A DNA stretch of 58,400 bases, counting the filler, from Basidioascus undulatus (lineage: Eukaryota): the NCBI GenBank assembly GCA_000826855.1. It is 5 parts of 5 records of this genome, joined end to end, with 100 filler letters (N's around TTAATTAATTAA, not from the genome) between each part and the next. Parts side by side here need not be neighbours in the genome. Positions count along the whole stretch, not along the records: positions 22,838 to 50,801 come from JTLS01000154.1; 4 more parts are not named here. One strand, 5' to 3'. The first letter of the stretch is position 1; every line of letters starts with the position of its first letter. Positions 36,950 to 48,945 of the stretch are shown in pieces. The notes below the pieces were generated by a model. That model searched no databases. It was given only the letters and a program-made list of their open reading frames with translations, and was not told the origin of the DNA. A program made the translations under genes and the position numbers.

Positions 36950-38335
36950 GCCTCCCCTCCTCCATCCTTCGAACACACTTTGCGAAATGGACGCTTTTCC
37001 TTCCAATCACCATTCCTCTTTGCTCGTGCCCAGCGCATTCTTTTTCCTGAACACCCCTGTCGCAAGTTGCAACTTTTGTCATACCACTGTTTCGGCGCAC
37101 TCCATACCACTTATACTCCACCTTCTGCTCGCATTGGTGGACCCGAAAGCCGCATAACCATACATCGCATCTGTTGCACTATAATTCCTTGCGCGCATAT
37201 CCTTGTTGCCCCTCTACTCCCTCATCGTCATGCGCAGCCGGACGCTCATACACGCTCCTTTCTTTCCGCAATGCTGGAGGTTGGCGACCTTCCTGGTCGC
37301 ACGTCGCAAGAACAAGGCTGCGCAAACTTGGTCCGTGAATAGGTCTTGGTATGCTACCGAGGTAAGTCCAGCAGCAGGCGGCGCTGCATGGACGTACAAG
37401 GACAACTCGTCGGCCGTAGACCTCGCCGGCATGGCCCCGCCCCGCGGCTACCGCGACGACGACATCGGTCGCAGCTCCTTCCAGTCGCTGGACAATGGTG
37501 CGGGGCCCCTCAGCGTATACAACCCGATGAACGGAGGAGGGAGTACAACAACGTTCCTGGCAACATGCCTGTCGTCCACATCCCCTTTACAACAGCTTGA
37601 TCATCTTCGCTCACGCAGCTGGGGGTACCCTGTGTTGATAGGATTCCTACGGCTAGGCAGTGTTCAGCAACCGCCGCGAGCAGCGAGCTCCGCAGGCGGG
37701 TACACCGACAGGTCCCCGCTCGCGAGTCCTGGCGGCAGCACGTCCGACGTGCGGACAACGCCGCCATACAGGCGCTGATTTGGAGCTTTTCATGGGCCAT
37801 GTGTTTCCTCTCATGTTCTCTTATTTGCTCGCCATTGTGCGTTCCTTCCCCTCCCTTCAAATTCAGTTCCGTCGTCTAACGTGCCTTGTTTCCCTTTCCC
37901 AGTCACCGCATTGCGCTCACGGACGCTCTCCTTCCACTCGGTTTTGTCTATCCCTACGCAACCTTCCTACACTCTTTCGGACCCCGAGGCTGTTTGGAAA
38001 TTCATTCCTTTGTCTCCCGCGCATCCCGCATGTAATTGGTTCACTTGCCGGCGCCGGCCGTTGTCTTGCTAAACACAGGCTGTCGTTCTCCTCGTCAACG
38101 GGCTTACAGTCTCGCTCGACAGAACTTGACTGATCTCAAAAACCTGCAGCTGTCCCGTTTACTCATCTTTCTCTGGAGCAAGCCCTAATTCAACCAAGCA
38201 AACCGTGCGCAATGGGCCTATACGATGCTCGAGGCTCTGTGCAAATGTTCGTCAAGCATTGCTCAAACGTGTGGTTCAAGTACAAACTTAATAAAGCGTC
38301 CTTGTCGCACAATGCATATCCCAACACACCCGGTC

Positions 38336-39192
38336 TCAGTACCCGCACCCCTCGTAATCGCCAGGGATGACCGTCTGGCATCCGCTCGTGTCGAGGTCGA
38401 TGCGGCAGTCGGCGGGGTTCTCGCAGCACCGAATGCATGCGCGGTTGCCTGAGCCCGGACCGGGCCATCTTCAGAATGTGTTGCCTTATATTTCCCCTGA
38501 AATAAAGTACGTACCAGCAGGCTCGAGAAGCTCGACGTAGGAGCTGTAGCCAAGGCAGGCCGAGTTCTGAGGGTTGCCCAGCCCGCCCTCGCCGCCGTTC
38601 GAATCGTACTGGCCGCCACTATCATCAGAATTGAGTCTGTCCATCGGGTATCATTCCATGTCAATAGTTATAAAAACGCAAGACGGTCTAAATTTATAAG
38701 GTAAGGTGGAACTTACCTGTCGAGCGTCTCCGGGCGAATGCAGCCGGTCAACTGCACGTACGCGCCCTGGCCGTTGCCTCGGGCGAGTGTGACGCGCGAC
38801 CAGAAGTCGGAGGGGAGGGTGCCTTGCGCGGGGTAGGCAGGAGAGGTGCAGTAGCTCTGAATATCCGACAATGTGCTCCTTCGGGTCAGTTGTAAATGCG
38901 GTTGGTGCGCGGAGTGTGTCCATGCGCAAAGAAAGACGTACCTGCATGCCGCCGGGATACTCGCTGTCCCCGACGTTCGTGTACTCGTACTTGGGGACCT
39001 TCAATAGACCAATATGAGTTAAAGTCTAAAAGAGAAAAGTGTTATTCATCATCCAGAAGAACGCACGATGAGGCAGTGATCCGTCTCGCTTGTCACCCAG
39101 ACTGTGACATCCTGGTCCTGCCTGCGCACAGCGCGCGCCGAAACGCACCCGATGGTAGCGAGAGCAGTGATGATGATACCGAAAGAGTGCAT
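38336..39192 (-). CDS. Small secreted cysteine-rich protein
   Basis: Signal MHSFGIIITALATIGCVSA, RRQ processing site, HCLI|VPK, VQLTGCI, DSGGQYDSNGG, CLGYSSYVELLEP and ACIRCC...GCQTVIPGDYEGCGY*. Confidence 0.75.
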
Positions 39193-39775
39193 GACTAGAG
39201 TGAGTTTGCGGATAATTAAGGAGGTATGTTGGTGGTTGAGTCGGGGAGGAATTCGGGAGTGTGCGGAAAGAGGGAAGTACTCTTGCAGACACTGGCAATA
39301 TAACTGCCAGCCCGGCCCCTGCGTCGTCCGCATCGCTGTGCTATGTTCCACAAACCTACTTGCCCGACCTACGAGAAAAGTCTTAAAGGGAACTAATATT
39401 GCTACTCCACTAAGTTGCAATGCATTCTAGGGTAGTTCGGCGGACGGGCGGCGAACGTGACAGCGGTGATGGCTTCGTCCTCGCGGCATTGACATCGTTA
39501 GTGCCGGAGACGCAGCAGCTGTGCGGTGATGCACGTATGCAGCAATGCGGACAAAATAAGAACGGCGGTGCGCAGGGCTCGCTAAAAATTGCTTGCGGAC
39601 GAGTGAGCGCGAAGGCGGTGCTCGCAGGATCACGCGCTGAGATGCAGTCTGGCACGATTTCGACTGCAGTCGGTCCCGCCGGACGGAATGCGAGACGCCA
39701 ATAGAAATAAACTACAAGCATCAACGACCGCAGATAACTGGAAAGTAGGGTATTCATGTCCGTGTACGATGTAAC

Positions 39776-40887
39776 TTAAGCGTGATATTGCGCCGGCTGC
39801 GGCACAGACTGCTCTGCCTGCTTCTCCTCCACGCTGGACTTCTCCGCTCCGGACTCGACTGCAAATATCAGTTCCAGTAAGTCTAAACCAGTATCTGAAG
39901 ACGAACGTCGCAACCAGACGCACCTTTCGCCCTGCGCTCCAACTCATTCTTCGGCCACGCCTCGATCCACTCCACGCCGAGCTCAAAGCCCTCTTCGCGC
40001 TCCCGCCTGCCCTTCGCCCCGCCCGCCGCATCGGCCAGGATCGAGATGCCGACGGTGCGGATCTTCTCGCGCATCATCTTGATCTGCTTCTTGACCGTCT
40101 GGCCAGAGTTGGTCAGGACAAAGTTGTCGAGGGGCACGACGACCGTCTCCCATTCGCCCGGCGTGCGGAGGAACAGCCGGTGCTGGAAGAGGTCGGTCTT
40201 TATGGGTCCGTCGGTCTGAGGGAGAGGGACACGTGAGACTAACGAGTATGATGGGTGTAAGAGGCTGGGGCGACGGACCTGGATGTTCACGAAGTAGCCG
40301 GAGGAGGAAGGACCGCGCTTGGGCGGGCTGTTCTCGCGCACGCGGAGAGCGAGGTAAGGGCGCATCGAGGTGTCCCAGGTCGTGACTCCGAACAGGCGCG
40401 TCTTCGTCTATGTCCAGGCCATCCCCACCCGGCACCCCGCGTCAGCTACGCTCCTCGCCTTCGCCCGCCCATCACGGCGACTCACCTTAGTCCTGAACCC
40501 CGCATACCCGCTCCGCGCAGACTCGCCCTCCTTCAGCTTGCGCTTCCACTCCTCGGGCACGCTCGTGCGCAGCGTGCCCCAGAAGCGGCCCTTTCCCTCC
40601 GCGTCCGTGTCGAGCGCCGCGTTGCTCGCCCCGCCAATATCCGAGTCGCACCCGACCGCGCATTCGGCGAGGTCGGACGGCTTCTCGAGGCTGAGAAGGC
40701 GAATCGGAGGCCAAGAGGGGGATGGATTGGCGGCGAGGACTGCCGGAGACGCGGCGGATCAGTTGAGGATGACGGGCTAGGAGCCGAAGACAGACGCACC
40801 GCGTTGGGTGCTGGTCGTGAGATGCTCTGCCGTGTTTTTAAGGTAGTTCTTCCAGGCAGTGGACCGCAGCGGCGCAGTTGCAATCAT
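39776..40887 (-). CDS. CIA30: Complex I intermediate-associated protein 30 (NDUFAF1)
   Basis: VGCDSDIGGAS, RFWGTL, RSGYAGFRTK, YLALRV, YFVNIQ|TDG..TDLFQHRLF, WETVVVPLDNFVLTNSG and IRTVGISI. Confidence 0.92.
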
Positions 40888-41314
40888 TGTGAGTTCGAGG
40901 CGGTTTGGGTGAGGAAGGGGAAGGGAGGTGATGACGAGATCACCGACGGCTTCTTCGCGTAGACTTTGGTTAGGTTTCTCACTCAGGGTACATGCCTTTG
41001 CTCTGTTACTCAGGAATTATTTCATCGGGAATGCATACATGTGATTCGTGAGGTCTGTGATACGATGCACTTTACACGCTTAGCATGCCGTGAAGACGTC
41101 AGAGGCCGAAGCAGGGAGCAAGCTGTTGCTGCACCGCTGCGTTTCGCTGCCCGAGTTGAAAGCACGTGAAATCGACCGGACGTCGAGACGCCGGACTTGA
41201 TCTGCCTCGTTCACCGCTCTTCCCTCCTCGCATCCTTCCCTCTGCACCATCATCACCAACGAACACCATCACAATATAACAGAAACCAACTTATTCTTCC
41301 TCGTATATACCGAC

Positions 41315-44300
41315 ATGTCTCTCGACTTCAAGGGCCAAACGGCGCTCGTCACTGGGGCTGGCGGCGGGCTGGGAAAGGCGTGCGTCCTCCATTACACCCT
41401 TTTATCTACTGCTTCGCATGGGGGCATCTGTAAGACATAATCTTACGCCGATAATACTCTAGATACTCTCTATTCTTCGCCTCTCGCGGGGCCAACGTCG
41501 TCGTGAACGACGTTTCGGCTGAGGCAGCGCAGGCCGTTGTGGACGAGATCAAGAAGGGTTCGTCTTTGAACAGCGCTTGATCCGTGCCTCGTTTGGAGGA
41601 TTTACTCACGATTGAGTGGATTTTCAGCTGGTGGAAAGGCCGTGGTCAACACGTCGAGCGTTACGGAGGGGGACAAGGTTGTGAAGTCGGCTGTGGATGC
41701 GTTCGGAGGACTGCACATCCTCATCAACAATGTATGTCTTCTGTTCTGCGCAGTCATAAGGGAAGTAGGTTGACGGATATGCTGTAAATAGGCTGGTATC
41801 CTGAGGGACAAGTCCTTTGCCAAGATGAGCGACAAGGTCAGACTCCCGCTCCCGGTTCTGCCAACCATGTCCTGACCTCACACTGTGCCAACGCCTCGCA
41901 GGAATGGGACTTTGTCATGGAGGTCCACGTCAAGGGATCATACTCGTGCACCAGGGCAGCCTGGCCGATATTCAGGTATGCGCTCCATGACACCTTCTGC
42001 CCCTCCAGATTGCATTGTTGACCGAGCCTGCGCGAATGCAGGCAGCAGAAGTACGGCCGGATCATCAACACCGCGTCCGCTGCAGGCCTGTACGGCAACC
42101 GCGGACAGGCAAACTACTCGAGTGCCAAGATGGCTCTCGTAGCCTTTACGAAGACTCTGGCGCGTGAGTACTGCGTGCTCTCAATCGTGATTCCCGGCCG
42201 TCTGACTGACGCATCTACGCAGTCGAGGGATTCAAGTACGGCATCAGGGCGAATGTCATCGCGCCGGTGCGTCTCGGGAGGTGTTTCGGAAACGTACGAA
42301 TCTTTCTCACACACAGAGACGGTATGCGCAGATGGCCAAGAGCGCTATGACCGAGACGGTCATGCCGCCCGACATGCTCGAGCACCTGCAGCCGACGGCG
42401 GTCGCGCCCTTCGTAGCGTTCCTCTGCGCGCCAGACGGGTACGCGCCGGACTCGAAGCCAGTCAGCGGCCGGTGAGTATCAGATAATCATTTGCTGCCCG
42501 AGGGACCGCTCTCACGCTTTGGCATCCCCAGCATTTTCGAGGTTGGCGCCGGCTACTGCGCTGAGGTCAGGTGGGAGCGAGCTAAGGGTGCGTTGGATGA
42601 TCGAGCTGAGCGTTGAGGACCAGCACAGCTCATTCTCGACGCATTGGGATTCAGGCACTACCTGGCGCCCGGACGACTCCTTCACCCCCTCGGCAGTCAA
42701 GGCCAAGTGGGAGGAGGTCATCGACTTCGACCGGGGCGTCGAGCACCCGGAGACGATGGCGGACGCTTCATCCAACATGCAGGTGCGTTTGCTTCCTTCC
42801 AGGCTGCCCCTCAATCCTTCCAACCCTAAACATTCCGTTCACTCGCAATCGCAGGACATCCTGCAAACGGCTGCTAGCCTGCCCGGGAACCCGCAGGCGG
42901 ACCCGCCCGTCCGGTACGACGGCAAGACGGTCATCATCACCGGCGCGGGCGCGGGTCTCGGCAGGGCGTACGCACTCATGTTCGCCAAGCACGGTGCGCA
43001 GGTCGTCGTGAGCGACGTATCGGAGAAGGGCGCGAAGGCGGTCGCGGAGGAGATCAAAGCTGGTGCGTTCCTCCTGCTGTTTCTCTCAGACAAGAACAGC
43101 AGGCTTATTGTTGCGCGTACACAGCTGGAGGCAAGGCCATATCCGTCGTTGCGTCCGCCGAGGACGGCGAGGCGATCGTGAAGGCCGCCGTGGACGCGTT
43201 TGGGAGCGTCCACGTCCTCATCGCGAACGCGGGCATCCTCCGCGACAAGTCGTTTGCGGCAATGTCGGACAAGGAGTGGGACGACGTGATCGCTGTTCAC
43301 TTGCGCGGTACGTCTTATCCATCTCCGCTCAGGGCGAGAAGCCGATGCTGACGACTGCGGAGAACGGTTGGCAATAGGGACGTACAAGGTCCGTTATGCA
43401 AGGCGAGGGACTCAGAGAAGCGCAGATGCTGAACTATATGATTTTTGCAGTGCGCCAAGGCCGTTTGGCCGATCTTCCAGAAGCAGGGATACGGCCGGAT
43501 CGTCACCACGGGCTCGGCAGTCGCCCTCCAGTCAGTCCAGTCCGCTTCGTACCGCAGCATACCTCTGTTGCTCACGCGCGTTACCTGTACAGCGGAAACT
43601 TCGGACAAGCAAACTACTCGGTCTGTCGTCGCACCAGTCGAGGAGATCAGACAGGCGGATGCTGAATCTCGTGACTTGGACAGACTGCGAAAGCCGGTAT
43701 CATCGGGCTCACGCGCACGCTCGCGATCGAGGGAGAGAAATATGGGTACGTCGTGATAGGACTTCAGCAGAATGTTTAGTCAAGAGTGAGAGGCTGATCG
43801 TCCCGGTGCTCCAGCATTCTCGCGAACGCCATCGTGCCTACTGCTGGGACTGCTGTGAGCCTTCAGGCGTCTTTCAACTGCATCGCTGCTTCGTGATACT
43901 GAATAAGCGGGGTTTTAGATGACGGCTACTATTTGGCCCGACGAGATGGTCAGTCAGGCTTTGCTGAACGTGCCAGGAAATCTGGCCTTGACACCTTTCA
44001 CACGACTGCAGGTCCAGCTCTTCAAGGCAGGCACTGCGAATTTCACTTGAGAGCGCGACGTGGCACTGACGCTGTCCCAAGCAGCCTGACTTTGTCGCTC
44101 CCGTTGTGGGTTTCCTCGCATCGGAGGGTGAGTAGCTGAATCGCTACATCCCGTCCTGAGCGAGAGCTTACGCCACACGCTCGTTCAGACAATGACGGCA
44201 CCGGTGGCATCTACCAGGTCGCGGCCGGCTGGGCGGCCAAGACCCGCTGGCAGCGCGCGGGTGGATACGGCTTCCCGCACGGCAAGTTCACGCCCGAGGA

Positions 44301-46115
44301 CGTCAAGACCAAGTGGAACGTCATCACCAACTTTGACGACGGCCGCGCGACGCACCCGGAGTCGACCGCCGAGGCTCTGCAGCAGGTGCGTGAGATGTGC
44401 AACTCCAACCCCGGCTCCTGAGACCAGCTGTTGCAACGACGCTGATGCGGGCATGATTGGAGCAGATCGTCGAGAACTTCGACGCGGACGAGGAGGGAGC
44501 CGACGACGAGTTCGCGGACCCGGAGGACGCGGACATCGTCAAGGAGGCCAAGAAGGAGCGCTACGACCCGCAGGAGTTCGAGTACACGGAGCGGGATGTC
44601 ATCCTCTGTAAGTTCCTATTGTGCACAGTCCCATGGCAGCTGTCGATGCTGACTTGACATGACTGTTCCAACAGACAGTGCGCCGTTTCTTTGCTTGCTG
44701 CGCCGCGCACCGTGACTGTGACTGACTTTCGACCCTCAGACCTCGGCATCGGCGCGACTGAGAAGGACCTGCAATGGGTCTACGTAATTCAATTCAGCTC
44801 TCATGCTCCAACATGGATGGCTCACAATGTCTGCAGGAGAACCAAGACGGCTTCGCGCCGCTCCCCACCTTCGCAGTCGTACCCTCCTTCGGCGCCTCGT
44901 CAGCTATCGACTTTGGCTTCTTGCCCAACTTCTCTCCCGTACGTTCACAGATATTTTGAACCGCATCAAGATGATGTTGCTGATGGTTTGGGGCGACACT
45001 TGCAGATGAAGTTGCTGCACGGCGAGCAGTATATCAAGATCCACAAGCCGCTTCCGACTAGCGCAACCCTTGTGAACACTGCGAAGCTCGTCGAGGTGAG
45101 CTTGGCCTTGGGACAAGCATGACTCATGATGAACTCTAATTGAACTGGCGGTGATACAGGTCCTCGACAAGACGAAGGCGGCGGCGGTCACGATCAAGGT
45201 CGAGACCAAGGACCGCGAGTCGGGCGAGCTGTACTGCGAGAACGAGATGACTGTCATCCTTCGTGGCTCGGGTGGCTTTGGTGGGTGCAAGGACGGCAAG
45301 GGTAGGCCAACGAGCTCCCAACCAGTTTCTGCATCGACGTTCTGACCCGCGTGCATCGCACCAGACCGTGGCGCGGCGACCGCTCCCAACAAGCCGCCTA
45401 AGCGCGCACCGGACGCGGTTGTGGAGGAGAAGACGGACATCAAGCAGGCTGCGTTGTACCGGTGCGTTTCTTCCGTGCCGTTCTTGACTTTGCACATCAG
45501 GCGACTGACTGCTCTTCGGGAGTACAGCCTGTCGGGCGACTACAACCCGCTCCACGTGCGTTGCTGAAGAGTTTGGGCGGTTGATATTTGGAGCTCACTG
45601 AAAGGCTGCCCTACAGGTGGACCCCAACTTCGCCGGCGCTGGCGGATTCGACAAGCCAATCCTCCACGGTCTCTGCAGCATGGGCTTCGCTGGCAAGCAC
45701 GTCCTGCAGAAGTTCGGTCCTTGGCAAGACATTAAAGTTCGGTAAGTGCTCGCTTTATCTCACGAGTTGAACAATCTCATATAGACCACATCTGATGTTT
45801 CGATGATTCTTCCTTCTTCAGCTTTGTCGGCCACGTGTTCCCGGGCGAGACGCTTCGTACGCACTGACGTGGCGGACACACAGATCTGAGCTGGCACTGA
45901 CCGAATATGTCATTGCGCAGGCACCGAGATGTGGAAGGAGGGCGACAAGGTCATCTTCAGTACGTTCTTCCCTGGCCCATCCTTGGAAGTGCTGCAGTTC
46001 TAACCCCTACCGTGACGCAGTCGCCAAGGTCAAGGAGCGCGACAGTGTGGCCATCGCGGCTGCCGCCGCGACGCTCGTGAACGACGGCAAGTCCGAGCTC
46101 AAGGCGAGGCTGTGA
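41315..46115 (+). CDS. FOX2: Peroxisomal multifunctional beta-oxidation enzyme (two SDR domains + MaoC hydratase)
   Basis: TGAGGGLG and [49 protein letters not shown] and C-terminal PTS1 -ARL*. Roughly 30 introns. Confidence 0.96.
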
Positions 46116-46428
46116 GATGCGAGGGGAGGCGGGGAGCGGTGGCGATACGAGGGAGCTATGAGGAGATATTTGTACGAGTACGAGTAAGAGAAGCGAGTAA
46201 AGAGAAGTGAATTATCGTGCACATCTTATCAAACTGCTGTGCGGTGCGGTACATGTCTCTCCTCGCCTCGAAGTCTCCTTAGAGTGTTTAAAGCAGGTAG
46301 ATGTGGATCACAGTATAGGGCGTAAACGCGAGTGGAAAAGAACGTAAAAAAACGAACAGGAAACTCCACAACAGCACAGCAGCTCGCAGCCACGCGTCCT
46401 CCAAACGCACCCCTGCCAGCCTGTGGCT

Positions 46429-47629
46429 CTACTTCTTCTTCTTGCTAAGCGCGTCAGCGTGGACGTCCCCGTCCGTGAGCGAAGCAGACTGGTTGGCGTT
46501 CTGGGAGATGGCGGCAGCACGGGTTAGTTCCGAAGAGGGGAAGTTGAGGCCTGAAGAAAGACGAGGACACAGGGTGGCCCCTTCTCCTCACGTTCTGCGA
46601 AGTATGTGAAGAGTTTGCGGGAACTATTTTAGTAAACTTCTGTAGGAATTGTACAGATAAGTTAGACTTACAATGTTCTGAACCTCCAAATCGCCACGTT
46701 TCTTGCGGTGCCGGCGCTGCAAGCGCCACGGGCCTGTAGAGCTCCTGCGCCGTTTGTCCTTGGAGTACTGTCCACCGTGCGAGCTCGTGTCCCTGGCGAA
46801 TGCTTCATGATAAGGCGTCGGTATCGAAAACAAGATACATAGATAGGCTCACATGTTGAAGAGCGCTTGATTCGCGTTCTGCAAGTCCGCCTCTCAGCAT
46901 CGGCAGGGAGAGGAGCAAGTCTGACGTTACCGTACGTTCTGTTGAGCAATCAAGCGAGTGAGCCTTACTGATCATGGTTTCTCGAAACAAATAATTTCGA
47001 CGAACCGAGCTAACAAGTGTAGCATCGCCATCCATCCGCTTCTTGAGCTCGTTCTCCCGCTCAGCGAGCTGCTGCTCGCGTTTCTTGAGGTACTCCTCGC
47101 GCTTGGCCAATTCCGCCAGCCGGTCACCTCGCTTCTTGAGCTCTTCTCCGCGCTTCGAGAACTCCTCCTCCCGCTTCTTCAGGGCGGCCTCCCGCTTTGC
47201 GTGCTCCTTCGCCTTCTCTGCGGCGGCCTGGGCCAGGTTGTAGTAGTGGGTGTCGTTCTCCGTGACCGCGAATGCGCCGTCGATAGTCCTGTAGTACCAA
47301 GGGTACCCAATTCAGTTCGAGTCTAAACTCTTGAAATAAACAGGAACTCTGTATACATACGGCTTAACGATGTTCTTGATGTTGAGACCCTTCGCACGAC
47401 GGACTTTGTTGGCAGCGGGTGCGGGCACGACGGGCTCGGGCGCTGCGGTGCGGCGATAGAGCGTGTTGGTGTCCGCCTCGACGAACATATTGGGGTCAAC
47501 GTCGTTGCCTTTGTCGATATCGTGCGCGAGGGCGTTGATAGGGATGGGCTCGGCGAGCGGTCGGGCGTGCACGACGCACGCCAAAACGAGTGACGCTGCA
47601 AGTGAAAAAAGTAGGAGAGGACGAATCAT
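46429..47629 (-). CDS. Secreted Kex2-site repeat protein, copy A
   Basis: Signal MIRPLLLFSLAASLVLA and many KR/RR sites. The reconstruction ends GDLEVQNI|N|NANQSASLTDGDVHADALSKKKK*. Intron positions are shared with copy B. Confidence 0.8.
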
Positions 47630-48945
47630 AGCTATAGATCTCTTCACCATTACCTGGAATTTGGGGGCGGGGGAGGGGGGGGGTACTTGAGAGGGGGAAG
47701 CAGAGGGGAACGTCCCTTTCACTTGAATGCAGCCGGTCGCCAGACAGATAAGCGGTGTTGTCTGGCTGGAGCTGTGTACGGCCTGAAGGCCAAACATCAG
47801 GGGTAATTTTGTGATTGAAACACAGAGGCAACACGTGGTTAAGACTGACATCAAGAGATACGTTGGGCGAGGGCTGGAAAGGAGGCGTCGAGGCCAAGGC
47901 GAGGCAGCCAGCCATCGAGGAGATGGCAAGCACCGACAGGAGGAAAGCAGCCCTGTGTCCGTTGGCTGGATACCCTATCCACATAAAGTTTTGAAAACAA
48001 ACCACTTCCGGGACCGTCTGCAGGATATTTGGATGAACTTTCGAGACTCGCAGCCGTGTTTCCGCGCTTTATCGACACTGAGCTCTAACTTATTGTTGAG
48101 CATTTGGCCGGTACATTCCTTTGCTTCTTAACAAACGAAAAATACTTAGATCTGCTTCCTTTCAGAGGACCGGCAAGCGTGGAGGAGTAATGGGTTCGAG
48201 GTCAACGACCGAGATTGCACAGCCGAAACAGGCACTAAGATTTGGAGGGAGCGTCAGAAGAGCATCTTGAGGACATTGTCACTTCGCTTTCTTGGGTTCA
48301 ATTGAATACAAAGTACCTGAAATTTATCTAGCGTTTTTCCATAATTAAGGACTCATCTTGGCACGAGCGAGAATGGCTGCAGGTCCTCGAGGGACACAGG
48401 CCACAGGCGAGCAGGGAGGGGCAGGGGGAAAGGTTGCAACGGACGAGCCGGGAGAAAGTGATCAGAGCTACTGGTTCATATGAATGGTTTGTTTGGCTTC
48501 CATCAGTCGGTATAAGGTTCCATTGCTTCAACCCCTCTGTCGGCGTGCATCGTGGCAAGCTCGCAGCTTTGAGTGGAAAGCGTCGACAGGCGACCGAACA
48601 TGCCGGAAAACGCCAATTTAAGGGAAAGCACTCTCTAAGACTTACCTAAAAATAGACACAATCAATTATCGCCCGACTTGGGCTGATGTAGGTTGAGACT
48701 GCCATCTGCCATAGAGCTGCCTCTGCCGAAACGCTTCCAAGGTCTAATAACCCTCCATGTGCTAGTGAATTTCAAAGTCCAGTATAGATATTCTGTGGCA
48801 TAAAATAAGATATAGATGCTGAATGCGGGTATGTGAGGTGACTTCCGTGGATGGAAATACAAGAAAGAAGAGATACAAAAAAGCGAAGCAGTTTCGAAGA
48901 CCTCTGGAAATGAGGACCCATCCCAGACTCGAGCCCTTCCTTCCT

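Noticed and set aside
23929..39192. TPP enzyme + GT4 + GMC + EXPERA as a secondary-metabolite cluster
   Set aside because: No backbone enzyme (PKS/NRPS/terpene synthase), regulator or transporter, and the housekeeping gene POP4 sits in the middle.
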